Part shown: positions 18,633 to 29,582 of the stretch, piece after piece
Layout of the letters: every line of letters starts with the position of its first letter
How positions within the stretch are numbered: the stretch's first letter is position 1
Assembly: GCA_977017575.1 (NCBI GenBank)
Contig: CDRNVI010000036.1
Coordinates: 124,001-188,000, forward strand
Source: Paramoeba atlantica
Taxonomy: Eukaryota; Protista; Discosea
Length of the DNA: 64,000 nt
Reading direction: 5' to 3'
Notes under the pieces: generated by a model
Database searches by the model: none
What the model saw: the letters and a program-made list of their open reading frames with translations, nothing else
What the model was told of the DNA's origin: nothing
Translations under genes and position numbers: made by a program

Positions 18633-21600
18633 TTACCACTTTGAGCAATCCCACTCCTCGGACTGCGGCTTCTGCTGGGGGTCACCCAACACCACACGTG
18701 CAGTTTCTGCTGCGCGCAATATTTTTGGGACGCGTTGTACCACATCTTGGACGGTCACTTGTAGTAATCGGCGGCGCATGGCTTGTCTCTTCTCGTCGTC
18801 AAGACCGCGAAGATATCGCTGACGGCCGTACATTTGTGGTGTCTTCGGGGCATCAATACTGCCAAAGAGCCCAAGCAGTGCCTCTTGCACTTGGCGTTCC
18901 CCAACGTTCACCGGCGCCGAAAGGAAGTCTGCGGCCTGTTGCATCACTGTAAGAGATGACATCGGCGTCGGATCGCGATAACTGTACATCCCAGTGATCC
19001 CACAGCACAGGCCGGAAGGAGACAGCGTTGCACCGCTGCCATAGGCTCCTCCCTGTTCTCGAACCTTGTTATGGAGAAACTCATTGCTTAGAATGCGGAG
19101 CCCTACCTGGAGCGGTGCGGATTCTGGATTTAGGAGAGATAAAGAGGTGGGAATGGCCATAGCGGCGTAGCCCACCTCCCCGGGGAGATCAATATAGTGA
19201 GCATGAGATCGCTGCTGTAGAAGACCGGAATTTTCTAGCGTATTGCTACCAACGAGTGTTTGGCTTTTCGTGTGTGTGGAGGTAGCGCTAAGCTGATGGC
19301 AAAACTTTTGTAGCTTGGAAAGGCATGCAGCTTCTTGTTCCGCCTCGCAAATGCCCCATAGTTGCATTGAATGCAAACATACCTTCTCGTGCAATATTCT
19401 TAATTTTTGAATAAGACCTGTGAGGTATTCTGACCTTTTTTCGCCATCGGGAAATTCAACTAATTTTTCTCGAATGGTGCGTTGGAACTCTACTTGCGCA
19501 AGTCCTTCGATTTTATTTGCAACGGCAGCTGGTTGAGAGAGTAAACTGGCGGCCGATGTCATAGCATATACGTGACCCTGTCGTGGGATCGACTGCATGG
19601 CACCTGAAGCATTGGCGCACAGCAGGCTATACAACTGTGTACGCACTTTGTCGTCCGAGTGGTCAAACTTTGCCCCGCCTAGTATGTCTTCTAATAGTTT
19701 GAGTGCGGTGTCGTGTTTTTCTGGGAGGGCATAAAAATTCAGGTAGATGCCGAAGAGCATTTTTGTCAGATCAGGGTCTACATCTAGGTGGACCTCACAT
19801 GAGAAACCACTACATTGTGCACGCGTAGCCACGGAAAGCGCTTCATAGTCCATGGATTCGGTACCAACATCCGTTAAGACAGCAGCATACACGGGAAGTA
19901 AAGACAGCTCTTCGGGTGAAAATTCCGAAATGCTAAGTGGTATGAACACATTCGTATAAATCAATTGATTGCAGGGTGTTGTAATCACTTCGATAGTATT
20001 CTTCCCAACATTGTGGAGTTTGCCTAGCGGCTCTCCGTCCACCTTGCCAGGAATATCGCACACGCGCAAAGTGGGAAGAACCGATACGTTCGGTTCCTGC
20101 ATTTGGAACTTCTTAAGACCTTCAGCTTTTTCAAGTGCACTCTGAATGACATTACTGTTTCGCAAGTGCTCAAGGTTGTCTGTTCGAATCTTCTCTACAG
20201 CCGCTAACTTTTCATTGTGTTTCGGATCGGCGTGTACAACAAGAGTAACTTGGGGAGGACGAGAGAGGAACAAATTCTTTATTAACGTGGTGAAACACCT
20301 AGTGTCTTCCTTGTGCCTTTGGCCGATCGCATTGTAGATGTGACCAGTTTCAAGCTGTGCTAGCACATCCATTTGATGAATATTCTGCGTTGTCGTCCCC
20401 ATGCATAATTGTAAGCCAAACTTCTTTCCCCTATGTCGTCGGCTTAACGAAGCTTGATGCAAAATTCCTTCTACACGGGACTCTGAGAAACCGTCCTTTG
20501 CTGCGCTCTCAAGAGCGGTTAGGACAGCTTGCGAAACTTCCTTCTCTGTAATATGATTATAATCAACGCCTTGTACTCCGAATGAGAACAACGCATTTCT
20601 AAATTCTGTAGTAATGCCGCACCCTGGCGCGTAATCTGACCCTAAATGGGAATCAATAAGTGCCTTATACATTGGACTAGCGGGTCCATCTGTCAACAAC
20701 GTACTTAACACATCCAATTCAACAATGTTTCGTAAAATCTCTTCATGAGAACCTTGATAGTAATGTGTTGGTACTGCCCAACTCAGGAGAATACGAGTAC
20801 ACTTTGTAGGATCGTCGGTGGCATCTGGAGGCCCATATTCTACTACCATAGGTTTTGAAGGGTTCGTGTTCACAAGCTTCTCTTCAAGAAATGGAACTGC
20901 TACACGAGTAGACGGTGAGAATTTACTGAAAACATCGTCTAGAAGGTCCATGTTCTCTACAGGACATAGATTGCCGTACGATACACAGGTTACATTTGAA
21001 GGGTGATAGTGCTGCTGATGAAACTGAACTAATTCGGAATGTAACAGGTCAGGAATATACTTAGGACATCCACCCAAAATATTGGCATAGGACGTTCCAA
21101 CCAAGGCGTACTGCATCAACTGGGAAAAGAAATAATTCGAAGGATCAGCCCGCGATCCTTTCATTTCGTTATATACGACACCTTTGATACATAGCTTATC
21201 GTCCTCGTTTTTCTCTATTCGATGCCCCTCTTGAAGAAAATCCATCTCGCGTAGTAAAGGATTAAAAACCGCATCCAAATAGACGCGAAGCAAATTGCGA
21301 AAATCAGCAGCATTTACAGTACTAAAGGGGTACATGGTGTAATCAGTGCCCGTCATGGCATTCATAAAGGTGGCAAGAGAACGTCTAGTCATATGGAAGA
21401 AGGGGTCACGTACAGGAAACTTATCGCTTCCACACAACGTCGTGTGTTCCAGAATGTGAGGAACTCCTTTGTGGTTGGGATTGGGAGTACAGAATCCAAG
21501 ACAAAATGAGTTGTGAGAGTCGTCTGCTGCCAAATGATAGTATGTGGCTTTCGTTTTCTCGTGAAGAAAAGTATACCCCACAAGATTGAGCTCCGGAATG

Positions 21601-21671
21601 TTGCGCTTTGCCTGAAGCTCAAAACCTCGCGTCACGCCTCCAATACACATGCGCGATAACGAGTGCACCAT
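18633..21671 (-). CDS. PITRM1: Presequence protease / pitrilysin-like M16C metallopeptidase
   Basis: 1012 aa; GVPHILEHTTLCGS (HxxEH), FMNAMT, GVVYNEMKG, VREQGGAYG, YSYRDP. Confidence 0.93.
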   Translation of the reverse strand: MVHSLSRMCIGGVTRGFELQAKRNIPELNLVGYTFLHEKTKATYYHLAADDSHNSFCLGFCTPNPNHKGVPHILEHTTLCGSDKFPVRDPFFHMTRRSLATFMNAMTGTDYTMYPFSTVNAADFRNLLRVYLDAVFNPLLREMDFLQEGHRIEKNEDDKLCIKGVVYNEMKGSRADPSNYFFSQLMQYALVGTSYANILGGCPKYIPDLLHSELVQFHQQHYHPSNVTCVSYGNLCPVENMDLLDDVFSKFSPSTRVAVPFLEEKLVNTNPSKPMVVEYGPPDATDDPTKCTRILLSWAVPTHYYQGSHEEILRNIVELDVLSTLLTDGPASPMYKALIDSHLGSDYAPGCGITTEFRNALFSFGVQGVDYNHITEKEVSQAVLTALESAAKDGFSESRVEGILHQASLSRRHRGKKFGLQLCMGTTTQNIHQMDVLAQLETGHIYNAIGQRHKEDTRCFTTLIKNLFLSRPPQVTLVVHADPKHNEKLAAVEKIRTDNLEHLRNSNVIQSALEKAEGLKKFQMQEPNVSVLPTLRVCDIPGKVDGEPLGKLHNVGKNTIEVITTPCNQLIYTNVFIPLSISEFSPEELSLLPVYAAVLTDVGTESMDYEALSVATRAQCSGFSCEVHLDVDPDLTKMLFGIYLNFYALPEKHDTALKLLEDILGGAKFDHSDDKVRTQLYSLLCANASGAMQSIPRQGHVYAMTSAASLLSQPAAVANKIEGLAQVEFQRTIREKLVEFPDGEKRSEYLTGLIQKLRILHEKVCLHSMQLWGICEAEQEAACLSKLQKFCHQLSATSTHTKSQTLVGSNTLENSGLLQQRSHAHYIDLPGEVGYAAMAIPTSLSLLNPESAPLQVGLRILSNEFLHNKVREQGGAYGSGATLSPSGLCCGITGMYSYRDPTPMSSLTVMQQAADFLSAPVNVGERQVQEALLGLFGSIDAPKTPQMYGRQRYLRGLDDEKRQAMRRRLLQVTVQDVVQRVPKILRAAETARVVLGDPQQKPQSEEWDCSKW

Positions 21672-21873
21672 TTTAGGAAGGCGGCGTAAAACTATAGAAT
21701 TCCACTAAAAGTGACCTTTGTAGCACATTTCGAAGAACGAAAGCAATCTTTCGTGAAATTAAAAATAACATACCGTATCATAACTGTGTTAAAAAAGAAC
21801 CAGGTAAAGAGAATGCATCACCCAATAGGAGTAATTGAAAATGTGATCGAAGCAACCCGTGAAATGTACATGA

Positions 21874-22101
21874 TCAGCCAACCTGAGCAACTTCTGGAGA
21901 AGTGCACTCTACTTTAACCTCAGGTACTGTAATTTCAACGTGTGAACTTGCTATTTTCTTTCCGTATTCACGAGTCGGAGGGTACATTAAAAAGCCCGCC
22001 CACCAAATGGCTACTGGGAGACATTCAATACCCACGAAAACGCAAAGACAGAATAGTCTTAAAGAGGATATTGGTGGAGGGAGAAGGTGCCGATTACCCA
22101 T
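21874..22101 (-). CDS. Candidate small single-pass membrane protein
   Basis: 75-aa ATG ORF on the gene strand, filling a 750-bp gap; one hydrophobic segment. Confidence 0.3.
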   Translation of the reverse strand: MGNRHLLPPPISSLRLFCLCVFVGIECLPVAIWWAGFLMYPPTREYGKKIASSHVEITVPEVKVECTSPEVAQVG

Positions 22102-22428
22102 GTAGATACGCTATGAAAGCGATTATAATATTGCGAAGAAAAGTCTCTATTGGCCAATTATGGAAGCCATAACTTCAAAGACGAAGTAAAGAAAGTGAAG
22201 TAAAAATAGTGCAAGTAAGAGTTCAAAACTCGAATAATCGCCACAATCCCGTTTATTCGTTTTTCTTACCCTAATTCGTACTGTATATACATTTTTACTA
22301 CTGTACAGTACATTTTACTTACTACTGTACTATACCGTACTGTAGTGTACATTTTTTACTGCGCTGGCACAGGGACACACCATACACACGGTTCCGAGTA
22401 CACACGGAGTACTCACACGGTTACGTCT

Positions 22429-23958
22429 TTACGATGGTACCCAGCTAACTTCAAGGTTGCATAAGGACGCAAAATCCTGCATAATCCTGCAATTCTCCGG
22501 TCGCACGTAAAAAGAACAAGACCCTTTTCGACCAAGTCGCCCCACACGACCACTCCAGTGCACGAACTCACGAACGCTACTTGGAATACAAATGACGTGC
22601 ATAGCAGCGAGAAATGGGATGTCAATTCCCCGAATTTGTGACGGGGTGCTTACGTATACATTGCCCTTCCTTGATGTCGTAATCGCATCGCTTTGCTTCC
22701 GAATATCGCTTAAGCGAGCCGATGGAAGGTCTGACCAGGACAGCTCTTGATTCATGAGGTCCGTGACAATGCTGTTTGTAGGAACCAAAACGAGGACAGA
22801 CCCGCTCACGCGCTCCTTTTGTACATAAGCCTTTACTGTTGCCAAGCTTTCTTGCATTGAACTTTGGGGGGACAGCATTCTAAATGTGAACTCGATATCT
22901 TGTGGTGGCGAATGACAGCGAAGGTTGGAGCGTGGCGTGCCAGCGTGGCTCGTTCCTGAGTACTCCAATGGAACGGATTGCTCTCCGAAAGTATTAAAAA
23001 TGTTTTTCTTCGTACAACGACGCATGTGGCTGATTACACATGGTGTGAGAGTTGCAGAGGTTAGCATTAAATGGGGTGCAGGCTCAGCGGGCTCGGGGAT
23101 ATAAAGCCATTGAAACAGTCGGCTACCTGGGGAAGTGGAATCGGGGACTGTCCCTCGAAGTGGAAAGATCTCATCGGCCTCATCCATCACAAGGGTGTCG
23201 TACCAAGGCCAGAGACTGTGTGTGATAGTGCCCGTGTTCATACTCGTGAACATCTCCAGTCCACTCCACATGACTTGTGGGGTAGTGATCGTAATGTAGG
23301 GCAAAGGGTCCCTTGCGTAGGCTTCACGTCGGTTTGGTCCTGCAAGGTCTTCTACGTAGCGCGTCACATCGGAACTGTGCCGAAAGATCCGAACCAGCTG
23401 CGGGTCCTCGGAAAGGGGATACCACCATAGGGCCGTAATCCACTCCTTGACTTGTTCCGCAAGCAAACAGGTAGGTACTAACACGAGCGTACTCCCTGTC
23501 GTCGGTGGTCCCTCTCGCATGAATCGTGCCACCAAAGCGACGCACAGCGCCAATGTCTTTCCAGTTCCTGTGGCAGCACATAGCGCAAAATTCTCTCTGG
23601 CATAGGCACTTTGTAGGATGCGAGCCTGAATAGGAGTTAGAGTGCGTACCCCTCGTGAGGCGAGTTTCTGCACCAAGGGTTCGGGTAGCCCCATTCGGTT
23701 GGGGTCAAGCGTAGCACACAGCGCTTGCTCACGGACGTCATTTTCCGAGACCCACTGACCATCGGTGAGTTCTACCTGACTGAGCTCTATTTCACGTAGG
23801 GGTTCTGGGACTTGTGGTTTAAAAAACATCGGACCCCTATTGCTGCCAGCATTGAGATGTGTTCCGTAGCCTTCTTCGGTGATGTGACGAAAAGGATCGC
23901 GTGGCTTGACGTTCTCTTTCCATCGAAATCGACAATGAATTTTACCACAGAACCGCAT
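22429..23958 (-). CDS. DEAD-box RNA helicase, probably mitochondrial
   Basis: LTPIQ, ATGTGKT, LVPTCLLAEQV, DEAD, TSAT, RGIDIP, HWSGRVGR; basic N-terminus. Confidence 0.85.
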   Translation of the reverse strand: MRFCGKIHCRFRWKENVKPRDPFRHITEEGYGTHLNAGSNRGPMFFKPQVPEPLREIELSQVELTDGQWVSENDVREQALCATLDPNRMGLPEPLVQKLASRGVRTLTPIQARILQSAYARENFALCAATGTGKTLALCVALVARFMREGPPTTGSTLVLVPTCLLAEQVKEWITALWWYPLSEDPQLVRIFRHSSDVTRYVEDLAGPNRREAYARDPLPYITITTPQVMWSGLEMFTSMNTGTITHSLWPWYDTLVMDEADEIFPLRGTVPDSTSPGSRLFQWLYIPEPAEPAPHLMLTSATLTPCVISHMRRCTKKNIFNTFGEQSVPLEYSGTSHAGTPRSNLRCHSPPQDIEFTFRMLSPQSSMQESLATVKAYVQKERVSGSVLVLVPTNSIVTDLMNQELSWSDLPSARLSDIRKQSDAITTSRKGNVYVSTPSQIRGIDIPFLAAMHVICIPSSVREFVHWSGRVGRLGRKGSCSFYVRPENCRIMQDFASLCNLEVSWVPS

Positions 23959-24372
23959 GATTTCACTTATTAAAGCGATTCTATATTTACTGTGCTTGTA
24001 ACGCTCTACTCCCGGTCAATTCTGGTACCTTGTATTCGTATTGACTCGTCTCGTCACATGAACCTACTATTGGCGCATCCATGGAAAGTCAAAATGAAAT
24101 TCTTGTTTAATGCCTACGTCGCCGCGTGAATATAATGAAATATAATGAAATTAGACAAAGACCAGTGTGATGGTTGCAATGTTCTAGTTACAATGTTTGG
24201 GAACCAAAGTTTGGTTATGATTCTGGTTCTGATTCAATACCCGTCACGTATACAGTGTATAGAACCGTTAGAGAATGGACTCCATTCAATGGAGTAATAA
24301 AAATGCAGTAGTAAAATTTGAAGAAAATATATTCGGGTCTCATCAGCAATCTTCTCCCTAAAGGTAATGACT

Positions 24373-26022
24373 TTAGAGAGTGTTCAGAAAGTCTCGGCGC
24401 CTCAACATACAATTCGAGCCGAGTAAAAAACAATTTCCATCCTTTTCATCTCCAAGTACTGTGGCAGCAGAACGCTTATTTAGCTCATGTACGCTATGAG
24501 CTTCTCTATAGGAAAGACCACCCATTACAAAAATAAGGAACGCAGAGCATTTCGGAGTGCTCCTCTTTTCGGTCATTGGAAACGTTTCTAAGGATAGTGT
24601 TCCGGCTTGTAGCATCGCGAATAACCTCTCTACAAGCGGTACGTATTGAGTACCATTCTTCCGATTTAGTCCCGAAATTGCACTCTGAATAGTTTTAGAA
24701 AGCGTATGAGAAGGAAACAATAGCGATTTTGGAGCTCTGCGTCCAACGATGCCCGAGCTGCGGATACGTTGGAGTGTATCGGTCGGAACATTTAATGTCT
24801 TCAATGCTTCCCTTAGTCTGTTGTGGTACGCTATTCGATGAGAATCATGAAGCTTGGGTCCTTGCCAGTCCAACCTCAGACTGTACAATACAATAATGTA
24901 CGCAAGCTCGTCGCGATGAGTAATTGAACATGAGGCGCACAATTCTTCAATCTTTTGGAGAATCTCCTCAGATTTAAAGTTATTCAGTATCTCATGCTGG
25001 ACTTTACGGGTGTTGTTTGTGTGTTCAAGTTCTTTTGATAAATTGCTAATGAGATCGAGATGTTTGGAGAATACCTTGCTACTTCTATTGGTATCGGGAG
25101 CCTTTAACTGAGCTTTCGCGTCGATCAATGAATTGGAGTTTAATTTCCCCTCTTTCAAATCAATCACTTGTTCTTTTATTTGCTTACATGTTTCCACAAA
25201 GCTATCATTGGCATGTACACTAAAAAAATTGTCTCGAAGAATATCTACTTCGTTCTTTCGTCCTCCATCGGGCGAAAGTTCATGGTGCAAAGAAGCGGGA
25301 AGATCTAAATATGGTGTTTTAGTGACAAATTCGTAAATCAGTGCTTCATAATTCACAGGAAGCAACAACGGAGCATAGGGATCGGCGAGTCGGTCAATAA
25401 TAAGGATTTCGCCAGAGATATGAGAGGGAAAATTGTATATCCCTGAAGAGCCCAGTAAACTAGACTTCAAGTTTTCGGCTACCTCTTTCGTTTCAGGAGA
25501 ATTGTACTGGTATCGAATTACATCCGGACGAACCTTGCAGTTGAGAAGGGCGGAAAGTAACCCATCTTTTGCTCGTGTCGTGGAAGTAGCTCTCGGATCA
25601 GCGCGTAGAACGAATAGGTCGGTGCGAAGAGGGTACATACTTAAGCAGTGCTCCTGTAGAGTCAGAACTAAAAAACCGGTGTCTGCCTCGGCGAGTTTTT
25701 GAAGCATTTCAGCAGAGGGTGGACTGAGGAAATGAATATGGTATTCTCCAAATCTTGCGGATTGTAGCTCCACACATAAGGCATCGATGGCATAATCAGA
25801 GGGATAAAGAACAACAATTGCTTTGAGTTGTGGCATGAAGGCAGCTTCTCTGGGCTCTCCAAAGCTTTCAATAAGATAGATTTCGTACTCCAGTAATTCA
25901 GTATGTGTAAGCACTAGAGAGACCAATCCGCTTGAGTCGCGATCCAAAAACAGAATTTTCATGCCTTCGACTGCGCCACAGATGTCCTGCAGGTTCTTTC
26001 GAACTCCGCTGACTAAGTCCAT
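24373..26022 (-). CDS. VPS45: Sec1/Munc18 family protein, Vps45-like
   Basis: MKILFLD, LKAIVVLYPS...LCVELQSARFGEYHIHF, LIIDRLADPYAPLL, FVMGGLSYRE. Confidence 0.8.
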   Translation of the reverse strand: MDLVSGVRKNLQDICGAVEGMKILFLDRDSSGLVSLVLTHTELLEYEIYLIESFGEPREAAFMPQLKAIVVLYPSDYAIDALCVELQSARFGEYHIHFLSPPSAEMLQKLAEADTGFLVLTLQEHCLSMYPLRTDLFVLRADPRATSTTRAKDGLLSALLNCKVRPDVIRYQYNSPETKEVAENLKSSLLGSSGIYNFPSHISGEILIIDRLADPYAPLLLPVNYEALIYEFVTKTPYLDLPASLHHELSPDGGRKNEVDILRDNFFSVHANDSFVETCKQIKEQVIDLKEGKLNSNSLIDAKAQLKAPDTNRSSKVFSKHLDLISNLSKELEHTNNTRKVQHEILNNFKSEEILQKIEELCASCSITHRDELAYIIVLYSLRLDWQGPKLHDSHRIAYHNRLREALKTLNVPTDTLQRIRSSGIVGRRAPKSLLFPSHTLSKTIQSAISGLNRKNGTQYVPLVERLFAMLQAGTLSLETFPMTEKRSTPKCSAFLIFVMGGLSYREAHSVHELNKRSAATVLGDEKDGNCFLLGSNCMLRRRDFLNTL

Positions 26023-26215
26023 TATAGGAAACGTGATAACGTACGTAAGTTCTTCAAAATATTAGAAAATCATCGAATCGGATACAGTCAGTACTAGGGA
26101 AGAATCGGTCAGTGAAGAAACCGTGAATAAAATTGAATTTGAATTTTACGCTGCATATGAGTGTCATGTACAGCGTCCTTTCACCAGTCTCAGAATTAGA
26201 TTGGAGACGGATTGC

Positions 26216-27487
26216 CTAAGGTTGTATGAAGGGGTCGTGTGCTGATTTGTTCCACCCAAGAGTGTCCCAGGTTCTTTCCATGTGAGGTGGAAGCGGGGCA
26301 TCGACACAGATCCATTCCCCACTTGCCTTATGCTTATAAGGGAGCTGAATCCGTCTGTGGTGTAAATGAAGAGAAATGCCCCGATCTTCCGGATCCCAGA
26401 ACGTTCGCAAAGCTCCAGGATAGGCTGCATTGCCCCCATATTTCGCATCACCTAAAATCGGAGAGCGAAGCGCGTGGGCCGCCATGATACGTATCTGATG
26501 TCGGTGATTTGTGAGTGGGTAAAAGGAAACCCATGCCCCATACTGACTCAGAGTCTCATTCACAGTGTACTCTGCAATGGCTGCTTTGCTGTGCTCCGAG
26601 GGAATGGGCCGCACTATAATACGTTCTCCCTCCCGCCGCGTTGTCTTCGAGGTTGGGTTTCCTTTATCGTCGTGCTGGAGTGGACGGGTGAACTCCATAT
26701 GCATACGGATGCGACCTACACGAGCCTTCGGGGCTGAGCTTAGCAATGCCCAATATACATTTGTGGGCACACAGCGACGGACAAACATGGGGTGCAACAT
26801 ACGGTGCGCGGAGGGAGTACGTGCCAGTATTAAACATCCGCTCGTCTCTTTGTCGAGCAAATGGACCAGGGAGGGTCGGTGAGGGTTCGTGTAGCGCCAC
26901 AACGGAAGCATATCCTGAATGTTCACTGCGGTAGAGTCTGGACTCTGATGTACCGGCACCCCGGGGGGTTTGTTAATTACAATCACGTGGGCATTCTTAA
27001 ACAACACCCAGGACTGGGCCAGGTTCCGTACGCGGGACGAGAACTTCTCTCTTGCCGTTTCAGTCACCTCCGGTATGGAGGGGGTAAGAAAGCGTTCGTA
27101 GCCCATGGGAAGATGAGGAGGCAGCACTACGACATCATTACGCTCCAGGCGATCTCCTACACTAGAGCTTCGTACAGTGTTTCCCGTGTGAGACTTCATA
27201 CGAAAGATGTGCCCCGCGCGCACGAGCTTGTAAACCACCTCGGGGTTCCACTCCGGGTGGTGATGGCTCAGGAAGGCGTCTAGTCGGGACCCCACCCAGG
27301 GATCTTGTACGCGGTAGTGATGGGGTGTGGTGCCGCGATCCACCTCCTGGACCCGTGTCATGGCGAGTCGCTCCCGGGCTCGTCGTGAAAGAGGAAGATC
27401 CGCTTGCCGAGGGAGTGTTCCAGGGGTACGTGCGGCGTCGTCAAAAAATTGCAGTGCCCGGGTGAATTTACGTGATAAACGTAGCAT
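26216..27487 (-). CDS. RluA/RluC-family pseudouridine synthase homologue, mitochondrial-type
   Basis: S4-like SRLDAFL, VINKPPG, VHLLDKETSG, HQIRI, ILGDAKYG, LHLH; presequence-like N-terminus. Confidence 0.9.
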   Translation of the reverse strand: MLRLSRKFTRALQFFDDAARTPGTLPRQADLPLSRRARERLAMTRVQEVDRGTTPHHYRVQDPWVGSRLDAFLSHHHPEWNPEVVYKLVRAGHIFRMKSHTGNTVRSSSVGDRLERNDVVVLPPHLPMGYERFLTPSIPEVTETAREKFSSRVRNLAQSWVLFKNAHVIVINKPPGVPVHQSPDSTAVNIQDMLPLWRYTNPHRPSLVHLLDKETSGCLILARTPSAHRMLHPMFVRRCVPTNVYWALLSSAPKARVGRIRMHMEFTRPLQHDDKGNPTSKTTRREGERIIVRPIPSEHSKAAIAEYTVNETLSQYGAWVSFYPLTNHRHQIRIMAAHALRSPILGDAKYGGNAAYPGALRTFWDPEDRGISLHLHHRRIQLPYKHKASGEWICVDAPLPPHMERTWDTLGWNKSAHDPFIQP

Positions 27488-27661
27488 TGTGGGAGGGGTG
27501 AGTCGTTATGATGAAATATAGTGGGAACTAGGTTGATTGTCAGGTTAACGTACAATTTTGTTTCTGTAAAACTGGGTAGGGAACCAGAAATTTATCATTT
27601 ATTTAAGTGTGTCCCACATATTGGTTTTGTATCTACTGTAACGCGTGAAATGATGATGATT

Positions 27662-28201
27662 TTAGAAATCTACATCCTCTGAATAATTGTCCACAAGGTC
27701 ACCTGGGTCGGGTACCTGGAAGTCGGAATCATGGTCCATGCTGCGATACGTACCTGAATTATTCTTCGCTATATCATCCCAAGCAGGGTTTAGTGTCGTC
27801 GTTGTGATTTCGCCAAAGATACCGACCTGGGGATTTGCAACAAAGGCTGGTTTAGATTCCACGCCTTGTCGCAATAGCGGGTCTCTGTCATTCGAGAAGG
27901 ACTCTACAGGTGCACTATCCTCGGGAAGAAACATTCCAAAGGTATTACTTGTACGTCCAAGTTCGCCGCTTGGTACAGCATTGAACCCGGGAACAATTAA
28001 CTTTTGGTACCACTCAGCGAAAACGTCGATTTCTCTCATACAGGGAGTAATATGAGTGTCGTACTTGGCACGCGGGCATTGCGTACACTTCAACGCGGCA
28101 GTTCCCTGGGTTCGACGCAGGCGCACTGCAATGGTTTGACTCCCGTCGCACATGGGACAATCAAATGCCGTTTGCAGTTTTTTCCGTTCCTTTCCCACCA
28201 T
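27662..28201 (-). CDS. ELF1: Transcription elongation factor Elf1
   Basis: KLQTAFDCPMC...C..C...IDVFAEW zinc ribbon plus an acidic tail. Confidence 0.85.
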   Translation of the reverse strand: MVGKERKKLQTAFDCPMCDGSQTIAVRLRRTQGTAALKCTQCPRAKYDTHITPCMREIDVFAEWYQKLIVPGFNAVPSGELGRTSNTFGMFLPEDSAPVESFSNDRDPLLRQGVESKPAFVANPQVGIFGEITTTTLNPAWDDIAKNNSGTYRSMDHDSDFQVPDPGDLVDNYSEDVDF

Positions 28202-28864
28202 GAGGCAGTAAAAGTACTTCCAAAAATTTTAGTGGTTAGAGTTGGTGCATGAAATACCATGCTGTACGACGTATAATGCAGTAAGAGGTATAATGAAGCG
28301 AGTGTCACAATACAAACTTAAAAAAGAACAAAGAAGCTACTGCTATCCAGCTTTAATATGCTATCCCTTCACTTCCCTTCAATAACCACTAAAGTTGGCT
28401 TACGAAGGAGATAATGACGTGAATCTGAAAGGAAAAAAGGTTGTGAAACGCCTCTGATCGAATACTTTCTCGTAATTTTTGCGTCATACAGCTTCACAAA
28501 AGGAATGTTTCTTCCTCAGTACGTGCGGAGAATATTGAGTATTCGTGAGAATATTGAGTTTACATTGAGATTGAATGAGCATTCAAGGATCTGCTCCATT
28601 CAATAAAAGGGAGTTCAAGGTAGACAAGCTAAAGAGTACAAAGCTCAGGGGGTATTTCCTTTCCCATACATTATGCACTGCTCCCCAGCCCGAAAGATAC
28701 ACGGTGTGCATTTTTCATTGAGGCAGGGTGTCTCCACAAGAGTCATCGAGAAACGCAGAGAAACACGAACTATTCAGCGAACGCAGTTTAACGAAAAGTA
28801 TCTGAAGCAGGCTTTCATCCCGTTTCTGCACTTTGGCATACTGATACACCACTAGAATGTTACT

Positions 28865-29125
28865 CTAATGCTGATCTCCAAACGTCTTTATGGTTCGAAC
28901 GATCAAACGTATTTGCTCCAATGCACCATTAACTGTGTTGCGAAGTGCCCGTGCGTCGTTCGCTGTAATCGTGACATACACTTTGGGTAGAGCGGTGTTC
29001 AGAAGGACATCACATGACCAATACGTTCCGTTTTCTTCCTTATTCGGCAGGAGAAGAGCGTTTCTCACTACGTAAGCGTAGAATTCGCAAGGCATCGCAA
29101 ACTCTGCGTGAAACGTCAAAGACAT
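28865..29125 (-). CDS. PCC1: KEOPS subunit Pcc1/LAGE3
   Basis: 86 aa; ITANDARALRNTVNGALEQIRLIVRTIKTF matches the Pcc1 C-terminal pattern. Confidence 0.7.
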   Translation of the reverse strand: MSLTFHAEFAMPCEFYAYVVRNALLLPNKEENGTYWSCDVLLNTALPKVYVTITANDARALRNTVNGALEQIRLIVRTIKTFGDQH

Positions 29126-29582
29126 GAAGCTATATTAAGATACTAACAAAAAGACAAGGATTATTCTATTCGTAAGATTCAGCTGCAAGTCATCCATTAA
29201 GACAGCTGCTGCAGACCCCGATTTCATATTTTAGCACACGAAACTTAAAACATAGTACGCCACTCTTGATAAACACTGGTTGGATAATTACCAATTAACC
29301 AAAAATAGCAAACGCAACCGCCCATAGATAACCAACGCACGCTAGATACGAACGCACATACATAACTATTTTATGTATAGGTTTCCATAGTTTCTGTAAA
29401 CATTAATTAAGATTGCGAAAATTAAGCGAACTTTCTGATTGAGATACGAGAACGCCCATATTCTTTTATTCGTCACTGGTTGGTCACGCTCAAAGTCTAT
29501 TCTTTATTACATTACGCCGCATTACGCATTATTCTCACATCTTGTAGAACCCATATCAAGGCATGCCCATATCAAGGCACCA

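Noticed and set aside
6149-27487. Apparent cluster of mitochondrial genes (LYR, uL14m, PreP, helicase, Psi synthase)
   Set aside because: They are interleaved with unrelated genes, and mitochondrial proteins are a large share of a reduced kinetoplastid proteome.
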